From assembly GCA_028534125.1 (NCBI GenBank), contig CM052817.1, positions 71,798,001 through 71,862,000 of the forward strand: DNA of 64,000 bases. The letters are read 5' to 3'. The notes under the pieces were generated by a model. The model saw only the letters and a program-made list of their open reading frames with translations. It was not told the DNA's origin and made no database searches. The DNA is from Lama glama. Lineage: Eukaryota. Numbering within the stretch: position 1 is the first letter of the stretch; each line of letters opens with the position of its first letter. Shown here one piece after another: positions 39,725 through 51,481 of this stretch. The position numbers and the translations under genes are program-made.

Positions 39725-40574
39725 TCAGCATGCCCACCTGCTACCCGCTAACCCCAGCTGGATCAGGCGCAGAGGCCAGGGAAGAGCGAGGCTGCCTGGC
39801 GGGGAAGGAATGCGTGAGCGGCCGACCCGGGCGGCGAAGAGCGCTGCGTCTGCGGGTTGTGCAGATGTGAGTGTGGGTGTGCGCGCCGCATCTCCTCCCC
39901 TCCCCCAGCGCCGCACGTTTTATTTACATGTTTATCTCACTGAGACGGCACATTCATTTTTATAGCCTGTGCTTTCAAGTATATTTATACGCCTCTGCGC
40001 GGACACACCAAATCTCTCGACACAGCCTCAAGCGCGCGTTTTACACAACCCTCTCCCTCTCATAGAAAGCTCAGATTTCGATGCAGTTTCGGAAGGCTAG
40101 GAAAAGTAAACTTTGGGATTCGGCGAGTCACTCAAGTTCCTCCGCCCTTTAGAAAAACCGCCTCTTCTTCTGAGGCGTAGTTTCACAAATATTCTTTTAA
40201 CAAGTGGAGCTTCTTGGGAACTGAAAGCCGAGAGGATAACAGGGGCCGGGGTGGGAGTGGGGATGGGGGTCGGGGGCCCCCTCTGAAAATCCTCTAATGC
40301 GGATGCTGAGATTTTTGTGACCCAGGAAACAGAAGGAAAGTCAGGATAGGAACAGGGAGGGCAGCTGAATGGCCGGCTCGGTTCGCACCACCCCAGCCGG
40401 GCGGTCGAGGCAGAGCGAAAGGGACGCGGGGTCAACAGAACCTGGCTCCGGAAGTGCTGCGGGGAGCAAGCTGAACGACCACTCCCACCACGCCTCCCCC
40501 TGGAGGGGCCGACTTCCTTGGGGGCTAGAAGTGCCGAGCAGCGCGGGGCCGCAAGGGGCGGCGCGGCGCCTTAC

Positions 40575-40782
40575 CTGCGGCCTCGGGGCTGGAGGTGTCG
40601 GAGATGGTGTGCACCTCCAGCCTGTGCTTGGAAGAGTCCAGGGAGCGGGTCTGACCGGGAGTCAGGACCGAAGCCATGGCCAGTGGCTGGGGATGGTGAC
40701 AGGAGGAGGACGAGGAGGCGGCCAACAGCCTGGTCCCTGCTGCTCGGTGCTCCAAGTACAGCGGGCCTTTCATGCAGTTCAT
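40575..40782 (-). CDS. PITX2: PITX2c-specific first coding exon ([16 protein letters not shown]...DTSSPEAA)
   Basis: ATG at 40782 and donor GCAG|gtaagg at 40575/40574. 208+206+564 nt gives 325 aa. Confidence 0.97.
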
Positions 40783-41720
40783 GGACGAAGGAACGCGCCG
40801 CCCTGCTAGTCCTGGGCTGCCGCCCTGCGAAGCCCTGTGGCTGCCGCCGCCTTCTCCGCTTGCTTCGCGCTCTAGGCGGGGAGTTTCCTTGCCGTGGCGG
40901 CCGCTGGCAGAGCCAAGGAACACAACCCCCGCTGAGTCTTCAAGCCGAGCTGCCCCAGTCCCCTTCGGAAGGCTCAAGCGAAAGGGTCCGGCGGCCGAAA
41001 GTCAGTGGGCAAACGGAGACATGAGGATGTGGGTAGGAGAGCACAGCTCGGAGCGTCTTTTGGGAGGAGGCTTTCAAGCTCCAAAGCGAAACAAGAGTGG
41101 GCAAAGACCCCTTTCTTCCCTCCCTCCCTCCCCCAAGTACCCCTCCAATAAGGAAAGCTAACGCCGATCGCGCTCTGCCCGCCCCTCGCGCGGCAGCCCT
41201 GACAGCGAAGTGTCAAGAGTGACAGGGACAGGTAGCTGATATTAGATCTCCGGCGGCAGCGGCGCGGGCCTCTAGGCGCACCCTCCGCGGTGCCCACACG
41301 CACACCCCCTCGGGCTGTAGAGCTCGAGCCCAGCTTCGCCGCTGCTCAGCTCCCAGCACCCAGGCGAACGACTGACCAGTTCTGCGGCTCCAAGCTTCCC
41401 TGTTGGCCTAACATCTTAAAACCAGAGGCGGGCTTCCTGATGCCGAGACGTCACTCGGCAGCGGCCCTCCCCAATCCTCCCCGCCTCTGCCTCCTCCCAA
41501 ACTCTTCGCGGGCTGGAGTGACGTGGCTCCGCACCAATCAGAAACCCTCGAGACGCGGCGGAGGGACAGTCCTGTCTGCACCTATCAGCTGTTCGGGGCC
41601 GAGCTAATAACTCGCCTTGCCGGCCGGAGTCTACACCGGCCGACTCCCGGGAATTCTGCTCCGGCCCGGCCCAAGACGATCCGGCTTTTAGTTTGGGCGG
41701 GGAGGTGGAAAGATGGCTGG
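40783..41720 (-). promoter_or_regulatory. PITX2: PITX2c 5'UTR and internal CpG-island promoter
   Basis: CpG-rich. Minus-strand 'gttaggccaacagggaag' at about 41412 resembles the recalled 5' end of human PITX2c mRNA. CRE-like GACGTCA at 41447-41453 and CCAAT at 41534-41538. Confidence 0.75.
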
Positions 41721-44700
41721 GAGTAAAAGGCTGGGCAGAAAGAAGCGGAAAGGTCGAAGGCTGAGAGGTACAAGGATCAACAAGGCACCCAGCCCTCCTT
41801 CCTTTCGTGTCTCCTTACATTAATTTCCAACCGAGAGGTGTTTTTCTCCCCCTGTGTGGAAAGGAGACATGCTGCTTAAAACTAGAAAATTTTAAAAACA
41901 CCCAACAAATCATCTCTCTGATCTTAAATTTTCCAAACAGTCTGTCAAGTGAATGCTGCGGCGCTAATCTGAAAAAGCTTCACTTAAATTGCAAAGAAGA
42001 CACAGCAGTGAGAAGAGAGGCTAATAAATTAGAAATCGAGAAGCAAATGGACCTGTCAAAGGAAAATTGCTTTGACTTTAAGCGAACAACTGTTTGGTGG
42101 TTCACTCTGGATTTATACAAGAATAAAAAGTCGCCTCAGATCACGTTCTCTGTAATGCTTATTAGTCCCCAGACAGAAAACATACAATAGAATAGAAACC
42201 CTAACCCAGCACTTTCAAAATGCTGAAAGCTTATCCATTCTACTTAACGTTGATTAAGACACATATCCTAGAGCTTTCAAATTCCTTATACACTGTATTA
42301 AGCTCATCCTAACCCGAGAGAGAGCCATGCTTTAAATTTGACTCTCTTGTTTACTTTATTATCAATCAGATTCAAATCCATAAAGCCTGTAGAATCAACA
42401 ACCTTGAGCTAATTACATATAAAATATGCTTTAATGAATTTCCATACAATTAAGAATGTTGCCAAATAACCAATTTCAAGGATAATTTTTAAGTCGTTTT
42501 CTATTCCTAGGGAGCTCAAGGCTGTCTTGAATTGTTAAGAGTCTAAGCAGGCAGAGGCAGTAGGTTGTAGGCAAAGGGCAAAAGCCTAGGGAAACACTCA
42601 GCTAGGAAAAACAAATCCTTGTACATTTATATAAAACAAAAGAAAAAAAACCCACTTTGGGGACATCTAAATCTTTACAGCACTATTTCCAAAGAAACTG
42701 AAGAAGAAATCCAAAGATATCATTCAAAATAATTTGTGAAAGTCCTTTTGTCCTCTGGCTTAGGTCAGCTAGAGAGCACAAACTAATCTCCCCTGGGTTT
42801 TTGCATTGACGATTGCTTTATTGTGGAGTTAGTGTTATCATCCCTCAATGTGTATTTGTTTGACATTACAGTCAATGATTTGCAACACCAGCATGAGGTA
42901 TCTTCAGAAAACTCCCTCGTCCTTGTTCCTAAGATTGGGAAACTTATTCAGTCTGGGGCAGAGTGGATGAAGCAGACTACAAATATGTTTGTAACCTATG
43001 TGTTTCTCCTTTGCCCTGCTCCCACTCCCCAACCCTATCTGCAACTCCTCCCCCATGTTAAACATGCTTGAGAGTAGTCCAAAGAACCAAGTGAGAATTC
43101 TTTGGTCTCTCTTCACAAGCATCATCCCATTTTAAGAAGAATTTAGCTATAGGAAGGAACTTTCTTCATAGTAAGCTTTAAATCAGCATTTCTAATTTTA
43201 ACCTTTCATTCCAATTCACCCCATCCCACACATACACACACCTGCTCAGAGCAGAACAGATCCCCCATGTGACAGGTCTGTATTAGCTGAGGCTCACACA
43301 TCCAGCCATATTAGGTCCTGCAATCTTATCACTAAATTATACGTATTACATAAGCAGCCTGTTGGTAAAGAAGGTTAAATTAATTTACATTCTGCTCATT
43401 ATCTGGTGCTTAAATGACGCATTTTATCCCTGAGATTTGGCAAAGAATCTCTTTCTCAGACCCCACAGTGTTTCACTGAAGACAATGCTCTTACAGTTGT
43501 AGTGGTTTTTAATCTGATAAGACTCTAATTTGCTTAAGTCTTTTAAATAAAGGTTTTAAATGTTTCTAGCCATTTTCTTATTGAATTTCCCCTAATTCCT
43601 CCAAGATCATAAAGTATATGTGTAAAGTAAATATTTCCTCCCATTGTCCAGCCAGTCCATGACCTATAACTAAGTCAATATGAATCAGCTCTTTTCTGCC
43701 CATGTTTACTAATCATATTCCAGTATCTTCTTTAAACCTCAACATAGCTGCTATCCCTACAATACCACATGCTCAAGGCTTCATTTCACAAAGCAAATCC
43801 ATCACATCAAAGTATAAAAGGTTCTCCTCCATAAGGAGCATACTTTCTGCCTTGTTTTTTCACAATTCAAACTCTGGAGCCACAGTTTTTGGTGGAGAAC
43901 CTGAGTGGTTTTCAAAATGCCTTATTCAGGAGAGTTGAAAAACTCCACAGAGATATATAGATTTCTAAGCCCGATTCATTAAATCCATGGAAGTTTGATT
44001 TAATCTCATTGGCTCTATTGACTAACAGAATTTTATGGCCAATATACACGTATGAAGGGCCTAAACCAGCCTCTAAAGTGCGTGAAAAACCCAAGGGCAA
44101 GTGGCAGTTCCTCAGAGTGCCAAATATGGGAGATGTCAGAAGTGCTAGTGATCTTCAGGTGGCCTAAAAGCCAAAAAAGATAAGGAATCTTAAATTGTAT
44201 TGATCCATTGTAACATCAAGTGGAGAATAAATTATTTGAAGAACTCTGGTTAAGTAAAAACAAAATCATATATATTATGCATGTATCTATTTATAGATAG
44301 AAATGCTCATACATAATACATATACCTCTCCCCAACCTCCTCAATCCAACTGAGCCAGGGCAGTATTTCTTTGCATTTTTCTGGTTAGAATTTCAACTCT
44401 CTTCTAATCTTCTAATCACTTCACACACTCTGAGATTGGTCAATACCCTTTCCAGGCCCAACAAAGTTCACTCCATGTGTGGCAGGATTATTCCAATGTG
44501 AAAAGTTGGGGTGAGGAAAAGCAAATGTGTAGTGGGGAAACAAGAAACAATTTTCGGTGAAAACTGTATTGGTAGTAGGCATTTTTTTTAGATTTAATCT
44601 ACAAAAAAACCCAAACGTTGTGGTGCACAGGTGTACACGTTTAGGCAGTACAGATAAAAGAATTGGAAATAAGGAAATCTTAGGCATTTTGTGAGTTCAG

Positions 44701-45330
44701 CTCTACCATTACTAGCCTCCTTCCCGCCACTACTCTTCTTTGACTGGTTCTGGAAATTAGTATGACTTCGGCCTCCATTACAGAAATGGTCAATCAAGAA
44801 AAAAAAAAAATCAGTGTAGTGGTTTCAGGGAAGCTGGAGGTGCTGCACTGCTGCAGTGGGGAGAGAACAGGAAGCCCAGTGCGGGTTTGGGTTTTCCACT
44901 CAGAAGACATCGGGGATCGCCTCAACTGGGTTTTCTTGCTTATTCTTTCAAAGAAAGACCCTTGAGGAGGGAAATGTGTGATACGAGGTCAGGCGTGTTT
45001 TGAGCTGGTATTTGCCATCGATTGCTAGTCTTAAGGTCTTATTTAATTTCACACTCTTTAGTGTTAGTTGCACAAAGTCCCTCTGGCCATCACGGCGAGA
45101 TGGGTCGGGCAGCGCCGCCAGACTCTTGGTTGCAGCGGCCGAACGCGAGCTGGGACACAGTGAAGCGACTCACGACTTCTGGAGAAAATTCTATCCTCAA
45201 AGCTCACATGGAAGATGGTTTAATTAGATGTCTCCTTGCGCTGTCAGGTGGTAGAGGGCTAGGAGTCTCGCTCAGGTCCAGGCCAGCTCAAGGACGAGGC
45301 CAGCAGGAGTCAGCTCGCAGCCACATGACA

Positions 45331-45392
45331 GGCGCGCGTGCGCGTGCGTGAGAGAATGTGTCTGTGTGTGTGTGCGTGCGCACGCGCGCGCG
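45331..45392. repeat. Alternating purine-pyrimidine (CG/TG) tract
   Basis: 'gcgcgcgtgcgcgtgcgtg...tgtgtgtgtgtgcgtgcgcacgcgcgcgcg' read directly. Confidence 0.85.
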
Positions 45393-47339
45393 AGCCTGAG
45401 GTGTAAGGCTCAGAGGTCAGATGGAGACCTTGCACCTTGCCCAGGAAATGGTTCTGCCTCCCCTTTTTTCCTGGCCTGGCTTTTCTTCGTACACAAATCA
45501 AGCTAGAAAAGGCCCCTTCGCCGTCCTCCCCAACCCCGCCATCAAGCCAAAGCACCCAGAAATTAAAGGTTTGCCGTGACTGGTTTCTCCCTGGTCCCTA
45601 AATGGGAAAAAATAAATAAATAAATAAAAGTGCAGGTTTGTAAAAAGGGGGCGGATTCTTTTCTAAATCAAAAAACTGTAGAAGTACTGAGCAACATCCA
45701 CCCTCTCTGGGTCTCCACAAATGGCACCCGTATTTCTGTCCCCCACAAACCACTTGAAGTTTGGGGTAACTGGCTGGGGAGTTCTTTTCACCCGCCAGTG
45801 TTGGGTGAAGAGGAGCTGGGGATTAGGGGAGGAGCGGGGAGGGGGAGAGGGGCTACTGCAATCACTAACCCACGTGCTGTAGAGCTTTTGCACATTAGTC
45901 TGTTAGCACAACGGGTTTATTAGGCGCTCATTTAATCGCGGAAGGCAACTAGGCGTGGAAAAGTAAAATAAAGTTAATGGTATACTTGTGCATGAGGGTA
46001 AGAGAGGGGTAGAGAAATGAGACTGAAATAAACATCAATGCCTAGGTCTAGAGAGATGGAAGTGGCAAAGGACTAACTAAAGTCACTTAAAAAATTGGAT
46101 TAAAATGCTTCTCTATTTTTTCTATTTTCCGTCTCCAGCTCATGTCCGTCTCCCTTTCTATTTCTCTTGCTCCCCTTCTTTCTGTCTTCCCTCTCCCAGA
46201 CATGCTGGTAGCTAACATTCAGCATTAGTTGTCATGGTGACCATAAATCACATAAATCCAAAAATACCCACCTATAATCTGAGATGAAGCTTTTATTTCC
46301 CTAGCGAAATAATATTTTAAAAGCTGTCAGCTGACAAAAAAAAAAACACCTCATTGTAGTAACCCAAGTAATATATTACTTCTAAAGGTTTAAATTAAAA
46401 TGTCAGCCTGTTAAAAACATTCTGGGAGAATCCTGGGCACTCTTCATGTCAGATCCTCACAATGAAGTTGGCTCCATCACTCTTGATCTCTCTTTAACAC
46501 ATGTACACAACTTTGCATGCTCTCTCTCCTTCTATTAATTTCTTTCCTCCCCTCCCAACCATCTTGTCCTCACAGATTCTCTGCCTTTGGTTGTAAGAGA
46601 AAGGAGTCTCCGTCTAGATGAGAAAGAAGCTCAATCCTTTGCCTGAGCCTTCTGAGGACTTGTATGTTGGTCCTCTGTTATCAATCGCTTCCCTAAATGA
46701 AAGATGGGTGCCTTGGGGAGATAGGTGCTGGTCAGGGCCACGATGGGGGAGTCTTTCTAGAGAAGTTGAGAAGAAAGAAATGCAGAGGGAAGGATTGGTG
46801 GGGGAAAGACGGAGCTGGGCAGCCAGGTTCTGTGTTTAAGTCTAGCCCAGGAAAGGTATGTATACTCTCCCACTTGTGCATTTTTCTCTTGAGAGGAAAC
46901 TTTCCCATGTGAAGACCCTGGGTAGGGGGCGGAGAGGAGGGTGGCGGCCGCAGTCGGGCCTTTTGTCTTCTACCTTGGGCTTGTTGTCTTTTGCCTATCT
47001 TTGGATTACAGGGTATTCGCCTAGATGAAGAGCCATTAATTACCCATTCAGTCAATATTAGGAAGACGACAAAGCTTTTTACATAGGATTAAGAAGATAT
47101 CAGATTGTTCCATTAGTATATTCCTGCTCACGAATAAGCTTTCGTTATACATTTCCTTTTCCCCCGAGTCACTCTGACAACTGCTGCATATATTAACAGT
47201 GGGCGGTGCGGCATGGCAGCCGAACCAGCCTTGCGAAACTTTGAGCGCACACCGCGTCGGTACCGAGGAAAGCGACCCGTAAAGACGCGGACGGGGATCC
47301 GCAGGGACTGTCTACCTTTGGACAATTTCCTGTTTGAGG

Positions 47340-47341
<2 letters not shown>

Positions 47342-47376
<35 letters not shown>

Positions 47377-47392
47377 TCATCATCATCATCAC
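47342..47392. repeat. Compound trinucleotide microsatellite (CAA)11(CAT)5
   Basis: Read directly; intronic. Confidence 0.95.
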
Positions 47393-49987
47393 CAAAAGGA
47401 GAAGCAACTTCTGCCAATAAGCTGAAGATATGACGCGGGGGGTGGTGGTGGCGATGGGGGTAGAAAAGAAAATGAAAATCTCTCCTCCCCCATCTCCCCT
47501 CTTCTTCAGACCTCACGCCCCTCCGGCACGCCCCGGTCTTTTACCCCTGCTTCGCACTAAATCCCTCCACCCTTTTAAACATCCCCCTTCTTTCTGACCA
47601 CGCTCAGGCCCGAGAGCCTCCCCCACGCATCACCATTTAGCATTTTGCTAGAGGTGGTCTGGGTTGCTTTTGTTGGTATCCTCGTTAGCATTAAAGTCGC
47701 TTCCGAACGGCGAAGGGAAACCGGATGATTTGCTTGGGGGAGGAGGGGGAGGCATTAGGAATCCATGCAGTATGTGCTTGGCAAGCATTTGGTGATTGAA
47801 TGAATGGGGCTCTGCGGCCACAAAGGCGGCGAGGATTACCCCCGCTCCTCTGAAGAAGACCAGGACCCGACTGCTGCCGCGTGAGACGATGTGTCGCGGC
47901 TGGAGTCTTGGAGTCCCTGTCTTTAGGGAAGGAAGCCTGCGCGCACCAGAGGCCGAGGTTGAACAATTTCAGCCCAACTGCTTTGCCAAACCACGTAAAA
48001 ATTAGTGGCGTAGCTGAGGGAGGCCGGGCAAAGGTATCGGCCCCAAATCTGGTCCCGAGGCCAGCGCCGGGACCGATGGACCGCAGCTGGGTCGATTACA
48101 GCTCCGAATTTACAGCCACCGCCCTGAAACTTTAAAGGTGATTTACAGGGGAGGACCAGGCCATTCTCTTCCTGAACATCAAGATTACTTTTCGTGTTTC
48201 TCCAAACGGAGGCTCCACTCAGGACACTCAAAGCAAGGAAAAGCCAAGGACGTCTGTTCAAAGGGAACTTCTCAGCCAGCCTCTGCCCCTTCTGTCTGGG
48301 GGAATCCTGTTTGACTTACCAACTCTTCCTCTCTTCACTTGCCATCCTTGCCATCCCTCTCTCAAACTCCTTGCCTTAGGGGGTCTTCAGGCAACTTCCT
48401 GCCCCCCAGTCATTTCTGGGTTTGAGCCAGGCTGTGGGTCATCTCAATGGGTATCAAGGGCACGGAGACTTGTTTGGGAAGAGAGCAGAGATCTCCCAGA
48501 GATCGACCCTGTCAACTCACAGAACGTTTTCAATATTCAAGGAGGACACGGTGTTTTGGGGTGGGGTTTAGGAGAGGGTAGTGTCTTTAGTAGGATATCA
48601 GAGACCTTTTCGAAAATTGCATGTCATTGTAAATATTTTTTTCTTTTAAAAAGCAAATAAAAACTATTAAAAAGTTAAGGAGAATAATCTCTCTCCCTTT
48701 TTCTTTTAAAAATTATGCTGTGGCTAGGAGTTTGCATATTCTGTAAGTTAAATTTACTTACTACAGCTTTGTCTACCCATGTGTGACATTTTTGGTCTAC
48801 TCGATTCCTTAAAAGCCAATAAAATCAAGATTTTCATATTTTTCCCCTACCACGTGTCTCTTCTTAATTAATGGCATTAAACATGTTTGGGCAGCAGTTT
48901 TCATCTTCAGTCCAAAAGGCAGAAAACAGACTACTGGCAGTGTAGGGAAGAGCCTTTCCCTGCACAAAAATAATCCGGGCCTAAAAGTATTGATTAAGAA
49001 AATAATCGTTTATTATTTCTAGCTCTTTGCTAATTATCAAAAGCTAACTCCAAGGGCCGCCTGCTTGGACGGTGACAGGAGAGGACAGGACTCCCTGGCT
49101 CCGCCACTTCTAGCCCATCCAAAAGTCCCCCATCCCACCTCAGGCTTCTTTTTCCCTCGAAGGGACCCTAGTCACGTGGAGGCCACCTGTTCTCTGAAGC
49201 CATCCCTGGGGTCAAGGAAACCTTGGGTGCGGGTGGGGCTAGGGGTATGAGACATTTTGCATCTCTGGGCTCCTAGCGCAGCGAGAAACGCCAGCCTCGG
49301 CTGGGCGGCAGCCAGCCCGCGCTGTGCGAAGCGAGACTGGGGAGCTCCCTTAGCCTGGCCGGAGCCAGGGCTGAGCCCGCACAAAGCATTTCCCCCAGGA
49401 GTCATCGCTACTCTTGATTTTTAACCATATCCCAAACATGCTCCGGTGTAATAATTTATTTTTACGACCGATTATCAAACAGAAGAAGAATTTAACACAA
49501 TCTTAATGACAGAAATCACCCGATGTTATCTCCGTGTGGCCTCATTTAACCCCATGGGGTTAATCCCGGACAAGTGAGCGTTTAACTGGCCCAGCGGGAG
49601 GACTAGCGATTTTGTGCAGTGTCGAGGCCATTCTGCTCCACACCACTTTAGACGTTTTATTTCAACAAATGATGCTTTTCTCTCAGATTCACTGGGAAGC
49701 CCAATGCGGGAGGCCTTTGTTTTCTTCTCGGTAACACGGCTTGTTTACTTGGCGGGAGTTCCAATTCGCCCCCCTCTAGCACACATTACATTTGTACCCT
49801 TAAACTTTAATCCGGAAAGAGGGGGTTAGGGATGAGGGCTGTGGGGGGTGCTTTATCTCCTCACACTATCAAAGGTCAACAACATTCTATAGGCACTTAG
49901 TTATTAAGGAGCCTGTAAAACACGGAGAATAGAGCAACAGTAAATTTGAGGTTTTTTTGTATTCCAAAGGACAGGTTGTCCCCCTCA

Positions 49988-50013
49988 TCTCTCTCTCTCT
50001 CTCTCACTCTCTC

Positions 50014-50080
<67 letters not shown>
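49988..50080. repeat. Compound (TC)n(CA)n microsatellite
   Basis: Read directly. Confidence 0.95.
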
Positions 50081-50081
<1 letters not shown>

Positions 50082-50830
50082 CTAAAGGACACATTTCAAT
50101 TCAGCAAAGGCCTGTGCGGGGACTGGAGACGTTAAGTTCTACTCGAGCCTGCAGTCTTTGAGTAGCAATATCCCTTGACTCGTCCAGAGTGAAACAAGAC
50201 AATGAACCACACCACCAAAACCTGAGGCCTTGGAACCAGCACAACAGGTAGGTTCGCGTCGACAGGGGCAAACTCCATTCCACCCTCGGCTACTGCGCGC
50301 AGTCGCTGCCCTCAGGCTCTGCAAGGCTGTTGTCAGCTCCCCCACCTCGCTGCCTGGGCGAACCTCCGCCAACCCCAGACTCGCTTGCTGGTCTTCCGCG
50401 GTAAACCCCGCACCCACAAGCCTGGGCGGGGCGCGACCAAAAGCCGCCTGGACGGGGTGGGCCCTGCTGGTACTGTACGCAGTGGGACGTGGCGAGCGAC
50501 AGAGGTCGCTGTTGGACCACTTATCCACGCCAGCTAGAGGCACCGAGGTAGGCTGGGGTGTGTGTAGATCAGGCCACACATCAGATCATAAGGAGAGAGC
50601 GAGAAAGAGCGAGAGGGAGAGGTGATGGGTCTCAGGAGGGTAGTATAACTTGGGGAAAGGAATTAACGTTGCTTGGACGGCTGCTTCTCGTCCTACCCAG
50701 GGGCCAAGTGTCTTAAGTTCGGAGCAGGCGCGCCCAGTCTGGCGGCCTTGCCTGCGTGCGTCTCACCAGAGCCCCAGAGGCCCGGGGGCGGGCGCCGAAC
50801 GCGCGGTGTGCGCCTCGCTCCTGGCCTTAC

Positions 50831-50968
50831 CATTGGCGCTGGGATGCTGCCGCGGGAAGAGCTTGCTGGTGGCCGCCTCTTTCCGGCTCTCGGGAGAGTC
50901 CGTGAACTCGATCTTTTTGATTTCGGAGTCTTTGGAGAAGAGGCATTCAACGGCCGCCGGCTGCACGC
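50831..50968 (-). CDS. PITX2: PITX2b-specific cassette exon (GVQPAAVECLFSKDSEIKKIEFTDSPESRKEAATSKLFPRQHPSAN)
   Basis: Acceptor cccag|GC at 50969/50968 and donor AATG|gtaagg at 50831/50830. 138 nt and frame-preserving; inclusion gives 317 aa. Confidence 0.96.
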
Positions 50969-51435
50969 CTGGGCCACGCGCGCCCGCCCCACGTGCGGGG
51001 AAAGAGAGGCCCCGGACGGCGGCGGAAAGTAACAGGGGTTGAGCGGGGTGGGAGAGGGAGGCAGAACAGAGGAGAAAAAGGGACAAAGAGCAAAGACCCA
51101 GTTAGAGGAAAGAGCGGAGGACACTCCAGTCTCCCGGACCCTCTGGCAACCCGGCGCAGGGCGGCGTACTCTCACCGCGCCTCCCTGGCTGTCAGCGGCT
51201 CCCCCCGGGAGGAGGAGGCCCGGGGCTTCGAGACGCGGCGAGCGGCTCCCTCCCTACCCACAGCCCCCCGCGGGGAGAGGCTGCCGGCGTCCTGGTTCTG
51301 ATTTCCTTCCTGCCCTGGGCGGCTCCTTCGGGAAGCGCCCCTCGCGCGGCCTCGCCGCGGGACCTGTGCCCTCTAGCCGCCCTCGCGTGGCGCGGTCTCC
51401 CGTCGGGTGACCCTGGCAGAAGAAACGACTCTTAC

Positions 51436-51481
51436 CTAATTGCACACACGCCGACACTAACTTGCGACAGTTGGTCTCCAT
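51436..51481 (-). CDS. PITX2: PITX2a/b first coding segment (METNCRKLVSACVQL); exon spans 51436-51491
   Basis: Acceptor ttttgtag|ATAAC at 51492/51491, ATG at 51481 and donor TTAG|gtaaga at 51436/51435. 46+206+564 nt gives 271 aa (PITX2a). Confidence 0.97.
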
